A program made the position numbers and the translations under genes. Under the pieces are notes generated by a model that did no database searches, had not been told where the DNA came from, and was given only the letters and a program-made list of their open reading frames with translations. DNA of 63,721 nucleotides, filler included. It is 5 parts of 5 records of this genome, joined end to end, with 100 filler letters (N's around TTAATTAATTAA, not from the genome) between each part and the next. Parts side by side here need not be neighbours in the genome. Positions count along the whole stretch, not along the records: positions 25,634 to 53,638 come from SRR20825010_819; 4 more parts are not named here. One strand, 5' to 3'. The number at the start of each line of letters is the position of its first letter. Position 1 is the stretch's first letter. Below, one piece after another: positions 29,070-38,359 of the stretch.

Positions 29070-30212
29070 GTGAGCGCCCTGAACTATTTCAATGAAACCC
29101 ACCAGATGGTGCGCGATACCGTCCGCAAATTCGTCGAACGGGAAATTCTCCCGGACGTGGATGACTGGGAAGAAGCCGGGGAGTTTCCCCGTGAGTTGTA
29201 CAAGACGGCGGCGGACGCAGGCATTCTCGGCATTAATGCCCCGGAGGAATTTGGCGGAACAGGCGAAGACGTCTTCATGAAGATCGCTGCCTGTGAAGAG
29301 CTGGTGCGTTGTTCTTCGGGTGGGCTGTGCGCAAGCCTTGGTTCCCTGGATATCGGTCTGCCGCCGGTTTGGAAGTGGGGTAGTGAAGCCATGAAGCAGC
29401 GGGTTATTCCTGAGGTGATCAGTGGTGACAAAATCTCTGCTCTGGCCATCACGGAACCCAATGGGGGCTCTGACGTGGCGAACCTGCAAACCCGTGCCGT
29501 GCGAGAGGGGGATCATTATGTGGTGAACGGGGCCAAGACTTTCATCACCAGCGGTGTACGGGCGGATTATTACACCGTGGCGGTGCGTACCGGTGACAAG
29601 GGGTATGGCGGCATCAGCCTGCTGTTGATCGAGAAGGGCACGCCGGGGTTTACCGTGGGCCGTAAGCTGAAAAAAATGGGTTGGTGGGCATCGGATACCG
29701 CTGAGTTGTTTTTCGAAGATTGCCGGGTGCCAGTGGAAAACCTGATCGGACCGGAGAACGGTGGCTTCTATTGCATCATGAGCAACTTCCAGATGGAGCG
29801 TTTGATTCTGGCGGTGACGGCAAACAGCACCGCCCAATTGGCGCTGGATGAAGCCATGAAGTATGTGAAGGAGCGGGAAGCTTTTGGACGTCCTCTTGCC
29901 GGCTTCCAGGTGACTCGCCACAAGCTGGCGGAAATGGCGACGGATGTGAAAGCCAGCACCGAGTTTACCTATCGTGTGGCCGCAAAGATTGCAGCCGGTG
30001 AAAACTGTGTGCTGGATGTGTCCATGGCGAAGAATGTGGCAACTCGCTGCGCGGATCGGGTGACTTATGACGCGGTGCAGTTATTTGGTGGCAGCGGTTA
30101 CATGCGCGGCACGGTGGTCGAACGTTTGTTCCGCGACAACCGCATTCTGTCCATCGGCGGTGGCACCCATGAAATCATGAACGAAGTGATTGCCAAACAA
30201 ATGGGGCTTTAA
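29070..30212 (+). CDS. Acyl-CoA dehydrogenase
   Basis: AITEPNGGSD, NGAKTFITSG, QLFGGSGY, IGGGTHEIM; AGGAGG RBS. Confidence 0.95.
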   Translation: MSALNYFNETHQMVRDTVRKFVEREILPDVDDWEEAGEFPRELYKTAADAGILGINAPEEFGGTGEDVFMKIAACEELVRCSSGGLCASLGSLDIGLPPVWKWGSEAMKQRVIPEVISGDKISALAITEPNGGSDVANLQTRAVREGDHYVVNGAKTFITSGVRADYYTVAVRTGDKGYGGISLLLIEKGTPGFTVGRKLKKMGWWASDTAELFFEDCRVPVENLIGPENGGFYCIMSNFQMERLILAVTANSTAQLALDEAMKYVKEREAFGRPLAGFQVTRHKLAEMATDVKASTEFTYRVAAKIAAGENCVLDVSMAKNVATRCADRVTYDAVQLFGGSGYMRGTVVERLFRDNRILSIGGGTHEIMNEVIAKQMGL

Positions 30213-30357
30213 GAGACGCGACACGCTGCATGCTGCACGCAACAGCGCGGACCGAGAGTGTCGCAATCTGAAACGAAAGAGGCCGCGCCCATGAGTTTGG
30301 GCGCGGCCTCTTTGTTGTAAGCGAGCCTTGCGTGATGCATGCAGCGTGGAGCGACTC
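30213..30357. terminator. Bidirectional terminator embedded in heptamer-arm inverted element
   Basis: AAAGAGGCCGCGCCC...GGGCGCGGCCTCTTT (30276-30313), flanked by CACGCTGCATGC / GCATGCAGCGTG arms. Confidence 0.8.
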
Positions 30358-30360
30358 CCT

Positions 30361-31353
30361 TTAAGTACACTCCGCCCGTGCCGGCGCCATTTTGCAGCGC
30401 ACCTTGCGCAACAGAGTCAGCATAGCCGGGTCGTAGTAACCTTCGTCACGAAGCTGGTTGCGGGCTTCCTGCATCATCACTTCGTACTCGGCCTTGTCGG
30501 CATCGGGGATTTCTACCCACCAACGCTTGTCCACGTGCTGAGCTTCTTTGTCCAGCTGATCGGTGATGCGGTGCAGGTTGTTGTAGAAATACTCACGGGA
30601 TTTTTGCGCCATGTCTGCCGGGAACTTGTCTTTCTTGGCGATCAGCTGAATGGTCAACTGGGCCAGCGGATAATTGATGATGCCACCGTCCGGGCTCAGG
30701 CCCTTGTAGAGTTCCAGCGCGTTGTAGGCAACCAGTGGCGCAGCGATCACGTCTACCACCCCATTGTTGAACTTGGTGGAGAAATTGGTGATGTCCGAGG
30801 CAACCGGAGTAGCGCCGACCTGGGAAACCAGCTTGGCCTGGGTTTCATCATATTCCAGCACGGCGACTTTCTTGCCGGCCGCTTTGGCCAGGGAATTCAC
30901 CTGGCGATCGTTAACGAATACATACGCAGCACCGGCAGGCGCAATCCCCATGATCTGGTAGGAGCCCTGTGACAGTTTGTCTGCGCTCTGTGGGTGAGAG
31001 AGCACCTGAAGGACCACTTTCATGTGATCCATGGAGGGGATGGCGCCAATGGAATCCACAGTGCCGGCGTATTTGTTGAACGCCCGGCCGCGGATACCGG
31101 TAATCAAGGAGGCATCACACACACCGGCTTTCAGGTCCTCAGCAGCAATAGCTTCGTTGGTGTAGGGCACCAGCTCGGTTTCCAGGCCCCAGTCCAGTGC
31201 GGCGGCTTTCCAGTCTTTCATGGCGCCCATGACCGGGCCCACATTGCCGACAATATCAAATACACAAATTTTGCGTTTAATGGTGTCTGCCTGTGCGCTG
31301 AAAGGTACGGATAGCGCATAAAAGGCCAGAACGGAGGTAAACAGCTTCTTCAT
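30361..31353 (-). CDS. DctP-like putative solute-binding protein (DUF6091/AdeT-like); start revised to 31353
   Basis: Signal peptide MKKLF...SAQA; CVFDIVG, AEDLKAGVCD, KFNNG, LELYKG, LLRKVRC; clear paralog of 49819-50835. Confidence 0.8.
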   Translation of the reverse strand: MKKLFTSVLAFYALSVPFSAQADTIKRKICVFDIVGNVGPVMGAMKDWKAAALDWGLETELVPYTNEAIAAEDLKAGVCDASLITGIRGRAFNKYAGTVDSIGAIPSMDHMKVVLQVLSHPQSADKLSQGSYQIMGIAPAGAAYVFVNDRQVNSLAKAAGKKVAVLEYDETQAKLVSQVGATPVASDITNFSTKFNNGVVDVIAAPLVAYNALELYKGLSPDGGIINYPLAQLTIQLIAKKDKFPADMAQKSREYFYNNLHRITDQLDKEAQHVDKRWWVEIPDADKAEYEVMMQEARNQLRDEGYYDPAMLTLLRKVRCKMAPARAECT

Positions 31354-31466
31354 CAGTGTGTCCCTGCTTGTTATTACTGGTATTTCTGCTGATGAGCAGT
31401 CTTTCGATACTAGAGAGGTCAACCGTCAACGCAATGCCTTTGATGTGCTATTCAAGGGCATTCGGG

Positions 31467-32495
31467 TCAATCAGGGTTGTTGCTGGGCACGGTGTTGCGA
31501 CGAACTTCACCTGGGGTGCATCCGGTCCAGTTTCGGTAAGCTTTGCTAAAGCTGGATTGGTCACTGTAGCCCAGCAAACCGGCAATCTTTTCCAGAGGCA
31601 TGCACGTTTCTTGTAAATATCGAGTCGCAAACGTTTCCCGTACTTTGTTGCGAATGCCACTAAAGGCTGTGCCTGCCAAGGACAGATGACGGCGTAATGA
31701 ACGGGGACTCATATCCAGCTTTTCGGCAATGATTTCCAGTGAGCTGTTACGGCCGGGCTCATTCATTATTTCTTGGCGCACCAGGTTTACGACCCTGAGG
31801 CTGTCGTTGCTATCCAGTTGTTTTCGGGAGCGGGCGGTGGCTAGGAAGTTAGCCATGCTGGCGTCATCGATTCGCGGCTGATGAGGTGATAGCGACATGA
31901 CAATACGAGTGGTGGGGCGGTTAAAGTGAACGGAGACATCTTCAGCCAGCTTATTCCATCCTAAGGATTTATCTGGACAGGGAAAATCGCATTCGAAAGT
32001 GAAGTCTCGGCAGATCATCGTTGAGAGTGAATAAATACTGCCCATGTAAATGCTGGTGATGGTCGGTCTGAGTTCTTCAAATTCCCAGTTGTCACGCAGG
32101 TCAATGGTGATGGTGTCACCATTACACTGAATATCCATGTCCATAAGGGGAACGGAAACCTGAAGATACTGGATCACCATTCTTGCAAGTTTGCGAGGGT
32201 CTTGCTGTTTAAGTAGGGCAAAGCCAAAAATGCCGTGGCCGTGAAGATCAAGCTGCTGACCAAATCGAAAACCTGCGGTGACATCGTTAAGTAAAATGCT
32301 GGCTTTGCGGAGAACGTGGCAAATTTGTCGAATGGTTATGTAGCTATCGGGATCGTTCAGGGTTTTTAAGTCGAGGCCGGAATTTTCAAGCACTGCCGTG
32401 CCAGTTATTCCGTGTGTTTGTACAAATCGTAAATAGCGCCGACCGTAATGAGTGGAAACGAGAGGAACGTCTAGAGCGCGTCCCTGATTTTTCAT
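31467..32495 (-). CDS. AraC family regulator (about 340-aa OruR-like type)
   Basis: C-terminal double HTH: IAEKLDMSPRSLRRHL ... IAGLLGYSDQSSFSKAYRNWTGCTP. Confidence 0.92.
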   Translation of the reverse strand: MKNQGRALDVPLVSTHYGRRYLRFVQTHGITGTAVLENSGLDLKTLNDPDSYITIRQICHVLRKASILLNDVTAGFRFGQQLDLHGHGIFGFALLKQQDPRKLARMVIQYLQVSVPLMDMDIQCNGDTITIDLRDNWEFEELRPTITSIYMGSIYSLSTMICRDFTFECDFPCPDKSLGWNKLAEDVSVHFNRPTTRIVMSLSPHQPRIDDASMANFLATARSRKQLDSNDSLRVVNLVRQEIMNEPGRNSSLEIIAEKLDMSPRSLRRHLSLAGTAFSGIRNKVRETFATRYLQETCMPLEKIAGLLGYSDQSSFSKAYRNWTGCTPGEVRRNTVPSNNPD

Positions 32496-32695
32496 TGTTT
32501 CATTTTTCGGTTAACTGCAGGGCAGATGGTGCAAAATTGCATAGAGGAGGATCACAAAAGTACACCTTCCCCCATAAGAAAAATAGATTTTGCCATTTTT
32601 AACAAAAAAATGGCCGTTTTTACTATTAAGCCAGTGAGCATTGCTGGCCATGATTGCGCCCGCCTTAACAGCAAGAATAAACAGGGGGGGTAGTA

Positions 32696-33475
32696 ATGCA
32701 AAAGGAAAAAAGTCACAGATTGAAAGCGCGTTATGTTCCTATCTCAAAAGTATCAGTGCCTATGGCACGAAGAATGTATGAGATTTATTCCGGTTACTAC
32801 GACAATGTTGGTCTTGAACTGTTTTGTGATGACATGTCCGAAAAAAGTGGCGTGTTGTTGGTCGAAGATAAAAGGTCAAAACGCATTGTTGGTTTCTCTA
32901 CCATGAAAACCTTGCACCTTAGTACTGGAAATAAAACGGTAAAAGGTGTTTTCAGTGGAGATACGATTATTGAGCAGGAATATTGGGGTAGTAAGGCTCT
33001 CCAGGTTGCATTTTTCCTTCGTCTTATTCGCGAAAAATTACGCCACCCGTTTCGGCCCATGTTCTGGTTGTTAATCTCCAAGGGTTATAAAACTTATCTT
33101 TTAATGGCAAATAATTTTTATAATTACTACCCGAAGACTGATGCGCACTGTGAAAAACTCGAAAGTTTAGTAGACAACTATTGCGATCAGCTTTTCAAGC
33201 CGTATTACTGTTCAGAAAAAAGAATTCTTGATTTTGGTGAGGGGTATACTCATCTCAAGTCTAACGTGGCGACTATTTCTGATGAAATGCGCACGCAGAA
33301 TGAAAAAATTCTCTTTTTTGAAAAAAGAAATCCTTCCTGGGAACGTGGTACGGAGTTGCCCTGTATCGGCGAAGTAAGTTACTCCCTTATCTTTAGATAT
33401 CCCTTTGATCTTTTGCGTAAACTGCGAAGAAAGAGTCGCCAAACCTCTATCTCAGCCATGCCGGCCAATAACTAG
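32696..33475 (+). CDS. Uncharacterised GNAT-like protein, first gene of GH3 operon
   Basis: RIVGFST beta strand, FSGDTIIEQEYWG (motif A-like), WLLISKGYKTY; fold assignment is inference. Confidence 0.6.
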   Translation: MQKEKSHRLKARYVPISKVSVPMARRMYEIYSGYYDNVGLELFCDDMSEKSGVLLVEDKRSKRIVGFSTMKTLHLSTGNKTVKGVFSGDTIIEQEYWGSKALQVAFFLRLIREKLRHPFRPMFWLLISKGYKTYLLMANNFYNYYPKTDAHCEKLESLVDNYCDQLFKPYYCSEKRILDFGEGYTHLKSNVATISDEMRTQNEKILFFEKRNPSWERGTELPCIGEVSYSLIFRYPFDLLRKLRRKSRQTSISAMPANN

Positions 33476-33487
33476 AAAGGGATAACA

Positions 33488-35116
33488 ATGTTCGGGCATA
33501 GATTATTAAAGCTGGCAACAGGTGCTGGGGAGCGTCGTTTTGCATCTTCACGCCAATCCATGGAGCAGGTTCAGCGAGAAAATCTTTCACGTATTCTCAG
33601 TCAGGTAGCAGGAATGCCTATGAGTGAGATTGCGGGACTGCAGGCGAACATGAGTTGGGAGCGGTTTACCTCAACTCAGCCGGTGACGGACTATGACCAT
33701 TGGCGTGAAGGGATTGATGCTCAGCGTACGCTTGGAAAAGAGGGGTTGAGTCGATCACCGGTTAGCCGGTTTCAGCCAACAAGCGGCTCTACTTCTGCTA
33801 TTAAATGGGTTCCTTACACCAAGCAATTTCTTGGTGAGTTGGATAATGCGATTAGCCCTTGGGTTGTGGATCTATACAAGCAGTTTCCAGGGCTGTTGAA
33901 AGGGCGTCATTATTGGTCAATGTCATGGGTGCCCACCGCTCTGAGGGAAAGCATGAGCGAGGAAATCAATGACGATTTGCAGCTTATGTCCCTGGGCAAA
34001 CGGCTCTTGGCCGGTGCCACGCAATCGGTTCCTCAGCAGGTTTCTCTGGCTCGCACTTCTGATGACTCTCTGTTTGCGACTCTCGCTTGGTTGGCAGCGG
34101 ATCCGTCGCTTTCCATGATGTCGATCTGGAGTCCAACATTTGGGTTGGGCATGCTCAAGGACATGGTTCGTTGGCGTGATGAGCTGGCGGACGTGCTTGC
34201 CACAGGGCATTGGGGGCAGCGTATGGCAGGTGTGAAAAGTGCCGTTTGTCCAAGATCACCCAGAGCTGCGGCCATGCTGCGCGAATGGGATGGTGCTTTG
34301 AGCCCTGAGTTCTTTTCTGCCCTTTGGCCGTCATTGACGCTGGTCAGTGCTTGGGATACCGCCGCATCAGGCCCCTGGGCCAAACAGCTTCATGCGCTTC
34401 TTCCTCACGCTAATTTTCAGGGCAAGGGTCTGTGGGCCACAGAAGGGGTGGTGACAATTCCTTATCAAGGACAGCACACGCTGGCCTATCGCAGCCATGC
34501 CTATGAATTTCAGAACCCGGAGGACGGGTCTGTGTACGCACCCTGGGAGCTGGAACCGGGTCAGGAAGTGATGCCGTTGTTGACTACCGGTAGTGGTCTC
34601 CTGCGTTATCGTTTGAAAGATCTGGTGAGGGTAGATGGTTTCAATCAGGGAGTACCAGTGCTTACCTTTCTGGGGCGAGCAGGAACAACCGATCTGGTTG
34701 GAGAAAAACTCACGGCTCCTGTATTGGATATGGCTATTGCGTCGTTGTCGTTACCTCGCGCAATAACACCGGTATGTACTGTGGCTGTTGATGATACAGG
34801 GCAGGGAAAACCGGGTTATCTGCTGCTGCTGGAAGGTCAACGGGAGCAAGATGACACTATTGGCATCAAAGTAGAAAACCAACTGCAGCAGCATTTTCAT
34901 TACCAGTTGGCCAGAAATCTTGGCCAGTTGGAGCCGCTGCGATGTGTTGTGCACCCGGCGATGCGTGAGCGTTACCTGCAACAATGCCGTCAACGCGGAA
35001 TGATCGAAGGCAATATCAAGATGGAGTCGCTGCAATATTGGCCGGGTCAGTTGCCTTCATGGCTATCTGCTATGGCGCCAGAAACCGTTATGCCTAACAA
35101 GGAAGCGGTATCTTGA
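33488..35116 (+). CDS. GH3-family acyl-acid amido synthetase-like protein
   Basis: PVTDYD, FQPTSGSTSAIKWVPYT (P-loop motif I), GLWATEG (motif II), GLLRYRLKDLV (motif III), FLGR...DLVGEKL. Confidence 0.85.
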   Translation: MFGHRLLKLATGAGERRFASSRQSMEQVQRENLSRILSQVAGMPMSEIAGLQANMSWERFTSTQPVTDYDHWREGIDAQRTLGKEGLSRSPVSRFQPTSGSTSAIKWVPYTKQFLGELDNAISPWVVDLYKQFPGLLKGRHYWSMSWVPTALRESMSEEINDDLQLMSLGKRLLAGATQSVPQQVSLARTSDDSLFATLAWLAADPSLSMMSIWSPTFGLGMLKDMVRWRDELADVLATGHWGQRMAGVKSAVCPRSPRAAAMLREWDGALSPEFFSALWPSLTLVSAWDTAASGPWAKQLHALLPHANFQGKGLWATEGVVTIPYQGQHTLAYRSHAYEFQNPEDGSVYAPWELEPGQEVMPLLTTGSGLLRYRLKDLVRVDGFNQGVPVLTFLGRAGTTDLVGEKLTAPVLDMAIASLSLPRAITPVCTVAVDDTGQGKPGYLLLLEGQREQDDTIGIKVENQLQQHFHYQLARNLGQLEPLRCVVHPAMRERYLQQCRQRGMIEGNIKMESLQYWPGQLPSWLSAMAPETVMPNKEAVS

Positions 35117-36207
35117 GCTACCAGATTCGACCTGCTTGCGATGCAGACAATGCTGCCATTTTGGCTTTATTGCAGGGGACACCCCAACAGGGCGTAATTA
35201 CTCTTAATTTTGAGCGTCAGCCGGATTACTTCCGTGGTGCCCGGGTTACCTGTGAGCAACCGGATGTATGGGTGGCAGCCCCTCGCAATGCTGAAGGAAC
35301 AGTGGGGGCAGTTTATAACGTAGGTTGGCGCAATCAATGGATCAATGGGCAGGTGCGCTCCATTCGTTATGCCCATGATTTGCGTATCGCACCGGAGTTT
35401 CGTAACGGCATGATGCTGCATCGAATGTTCCGCCACCTTCGCAAGCAGTTAGTGGCGGGAGAGTGGATGCAGACAACGGTGCTTGGCGGCAATCAGGCAT
35501 CCCTATCAACAGTAGCAAGTGGTCGTGCGGGGCTGCCAGTGTATTACCCGGCGGGAACCATTGAGACAAGCATGCTCTATACCCGGTCTCGGCGGTCCAG
35601 GCAGCCCGCCGATGTGTTGATTAGACAGAGTACTGTTGACGATTTGCCAATAATCGCCGCGTTTTTGAAAAAAGTGGGCCAACAAAAACAATTTTTCCCA
35701 AGCTGGGATTTGAGTCGGCTCGAAGAAGATGATTATTGCTACGGCCTTAGCCCCAATGATTTTCTAGGTTTATGGGTTGAAGGACAGCTTAAGGGTGTAC
35801 TGGGCTTCTGGGATCAGAAAGCCATTAAGCAGACGCGAGTGCTGCGATATAACCGTGGTATGGGGTTGCTGCGCCCCTTATACAATGCCCACAGCATGTT
35901 GCGTGGCGGAATGCGATTACCGCCTCCTGGGGGGGTGTTGTCTTACCTGACCCTACACAGTGTGGCGGTTGAAAACGACGATCCGGAATTGCTGCGCTTG
36001 CTGTTGGATTATGCTGTTGGTTATTTTCACGGTCAGTACGATGCCCTCGTTTGCGGATTTTTCTCCAATGACCCCTTGGCGCGGGTGGCTAGAAAATACC
36101 GTAGACAGTTGTTGCGAAGCGAACATTTTTTGGTGAGCTTCGATGGCGATCCCCGCGAACAGCTAGACAGTCACCGGCCTTGGTATGTGGAGGTTGCGCG
36201 ACTGTGA
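35113..36207 (+). CDS. Tandem GNAT / N-myristoyltransferase-like acyltransferase
   Basis: IRPACDADNAAI and IRQSTVDDLPII repeated GNAT starts, YAHDLRIAPEFRNG motif A; TTGA overlap with GH3. Confidence 0.72.
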   Translation: MSYQIRPACDADNAAILALLQGTPQQGVITLNFERQPDYFRGARVTCEQPDVWVAAPRNAEGTVGAVYNVGWRNQWINGQVRSIRYAHDLRIAPEFRNGMMLHRMFRHLRKQLVAGEWMQTTVLGGNQASLSTVASGRAGLPVYYPAGTIETSMLYTRSRRSRQPADVLIRQSTVDDLPIIAAFLKKVGQQKQFFPSWDLSRLEEDDYCYGLSPNDFLGLWVEGQLKGVLGFWDQKAIKQTRVLRYNRGMGLLRPLYNAHSMLRGGMRLPPPGGVLSYLTLHSVAVENDDPELLRLLLDYAVGYFHGQYDALVCGFFSNDPLARVARKYRRQLLRSEHFLVSFDGDPREQLDSHRPWYVEVARL

Positions 36208-37181
36208 CAGCGACGTCGACAGATTATATCGGCATGTGGTATCGCGCCCGCGCCGTATTGGGTATTGATGATCGTATCGAATTTATTTTCATCGATCCGC
36301 GTAGTGGTGAACGCGATACCGTCCCCCTGCGTCATCGGGACCATGATGGCGTGGGCGGTATTGCCCAGGCCCTGAAACAACGCGGGGTGGCACAACCTCC
36401 CATGCCGCTGAGCCGCCAGAAGCAGGCACCGCGTTGGTGGCAGCGTTGGCAACGGTTGCCGGACGACCTGCCTGCGCGTGAACCGGTGTGGCGCCATTGG
36501 CAGGAGTCCCCTGGACAAGCCGAATCTGAAGAAGTCGAAGACAGCCCGGTCTGCGTGCAATGGTTGAATCCGGCGCAGACCCGCGCGCTGTATCAGCGGG
36601 CTCACCAGAACAAGGTGTCGGTGAACAGCTTGTTGTTACTGGCGTTGCATCGGGCGGTCTGCGACACCTTGATGCTGCACGGTATTGCCGGTAGCTGGTG
36701 CTTTCCGGTGAACATGCGCGGTGTCGTGCCCATGCTGCGCGCGGATATGAACCTGTCCAGCGCGTTCTATCTTACTGTGCACCATGAGGACAAGGCCGCC
36801 AGGCTGGACCGTTCCGTGCGTGGCTACCTCAAGGCCAATGTGCACTGGCGGTATTGGCATCTGGCGCGTATTGGGCGTTTGATCGGCCAGCGGGGCGTGA
36901 ACTGGTTGTGCGGGCGCCTGCAGAAAGGCACCCGGCACTGCGGGTCTTTTTCCAGCCTGGGTGAATGGGAGATCGATTTTGCCTCCGCAGGGATGCGGGA
37001 AGATACCGTGTTTGCCTGCTGTGGTCCGGGCAGCCCGAGCCATCCAGTTGCCAACGGTGTGATTGTGGTAAATGGCTGCATGAGTCTGTCCCTGAAAGTG
37101 CACTCATCCCTGGGCGCGCCGCAAGCCACGGTGCGCCAGTGCTTACAACGCTGGGTTAACGGGCTGGGAGTGGTTGAATGA
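36204..37181 (+). CDS. CoA-dependent acyltransferase / condensation-like protein (HxxxDG); start revised to GTG 36204
   Basis: HRDHDG at 36333-36350, VSVNSLLLLAL, FPVNMRG, FSSLG; GGAGG RBS and GTGA overlap with upstream stop. Confidence 0.7.
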   Translation: MTATSTDYIGMWYRARAVLGIDDRIEFIFIDPRSGERDTVPLRHRDHDGVGGIAQALKQRGVAQPPMPLSRQKQAPRWWQRWQRLPDDLPAREPVWRHWQESPGQAESEEVEDSPVCVQWLNPAQTRALYQRAHQNKVSVNSLLLLALHRAVCDTLMLHGIAGSWCFPVNMRGVVPMLRADMNLSSAFYLTVHHEDKAARLDRSVRGYLKANVHWRYWHLARIGRLIGQRGVNWLCGRLQKGTRHCGSFSSLGEWEIDFASAGMREDTVFACCGPGSPSHPVANGVIVVNGCMSLSLKVHSSLGAPQATVRQCLQRWVNGLGVVE

Positions 37182-38359
37182 AGTTGCCTGCTGGTTTGCG
37201 TTCCCTCAGCTTGCGAACACTGGTGGCATTGCTGGCCAGCCTGGCCATGGCGATGGCCGTTTTTTCGCTTTATCTGGTGCCACCGGCGCCGCCGCCGGCC
37301 AAGGCTCAGGATAGTGTGTTGGCCCTCAATACCATGACTGTGGACTGGCAGGATGTGGTGATCCCGGTGTATAGCCAAGGGCAGGCCACGGCGCGCCATG
37401 ATCTGCCCTTGAGTCTGGAGGTCTCCGGGCGAATCCAGGAAGTGGCGCCGGCGTTTGCCGATGGTGGGCGAGTGGCTGCGGGCGATGTGTTGCTCAAGCT
37501 GGACCCGGAGCCCTTTGCGCTGGAGGTAACCTCACGTCAGAACAGCGTCCATGCGGCGCGCCTGCACCTGGCTCAGACCCGGGCCAAGGCCCGGGTGTCA
37601 GGGGCTTCCGGGCGCTCATCGGCGTTGGGCCGGTTCGAGCCGCAGCTGGATGAAGCGTTGAGCAGGCTGAGTGCCGCCCGTGCCAGCCTGCGTCAGGCGG
37701 AGCGTAACCAGGAACAGACCGAATTGCTGGCGCCGATCAGCGGGCGCCTGAAAGCCGTGCAGGTGATGGCAGGGCAACACGTGCAGGCGGGCAGCAAGCT
37801 GGCCCAGTTGTACCAGGAAGACCAGGTGGAAATTCGCCTGCCGGTCCGTGATGAGTGGCTTGGCTTGCTGGGTATCGTGCCTGGCGATGACAGCACACTG
37901 GAGGCGGTGAGTGTGATCCTGACCGGCCGTTTCGCCGGCCGGGAGGGGCACTGGGAAGGCAAGGTGGTGCGCCGTGAAGGGGGGCTGAACCGCAACCAGA
38001 TGATGTACCTGATCGTGCAGGTCACCAATGACGGCCAATCATTGCCGTTGGAGCCCGGTGTACTGGTGCAGGCGGAACTGCGCGGTGTGGCAACGCCGGC
38101 GGTGGCGGTGTTGCCCCGTTCTGCCCAGGCAGGGGATCAGTCCGTCTGGGTGCTGGACGAGGACCAGCGTCTGCGTCGTCAGTCGGTGGCGATACTGCAT
38201 CAGGACAGTGACAACCTCTACCTCCACGATGGAGTCAACAGCGAGACCTCGGTGGTGTTGGCCGGGGATCTGCAATTGCTGGAAGGCATGCGGATCGATC
38301 CGCGCCCGGCTCAGCCCGGCCTGGCCCATAACAGCGGGAACAGCGAGGGACATCCATGA
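37178..38359 (+). CDS. RND periplasmic adaptor (MFP)
   Basis: N-terminal TM, EVSGRI...GGRVAAGDVLLKLD, LLAPISG; ATGA overlaps at both ends. Confidence 0.9.
   Translation: MKLPAGLRSLSLRTLVALLASLAMAMAVFSLYLVPPAPPPAKAQDSVLALNTMTVDWQDVVIPVYSQGQATARHDLPLSLEVSGRIQEVAPAFADGGRVAAGDVLLKLDPEPFALEVTSRQNSVHAARLHLAQTRAKARVSGASGRSSALGRFEPQLDEALSRLSAARASLRQAERNQEQTELLAPISGRLKAVQVMAGQHVQAGSKLAQLYQEDQVEIRLPVRDEWLGLLGIVPGDDSTLEAVSVILTGRFAGREGHWEGKVVRREGGLNRNQMMYLIVQVTNDGQSLPLEPGVLVQAELRGVATPAVAVLPRSAQAGDQSVWVLDEDQRLRRQSVAILHQDSDNLYLHDGVNSETSVVLAGDLQLLEGMRIDPRPAQPGLAHNSGNSEGHP

Noticed and set aside
36180-37181. Calling the HxxxDG protein an NRPS
   Set aside because: About 325 aa, no adenylation or carrier domain and no carrier protein nearby; treated as a stand-alone acyltransferase
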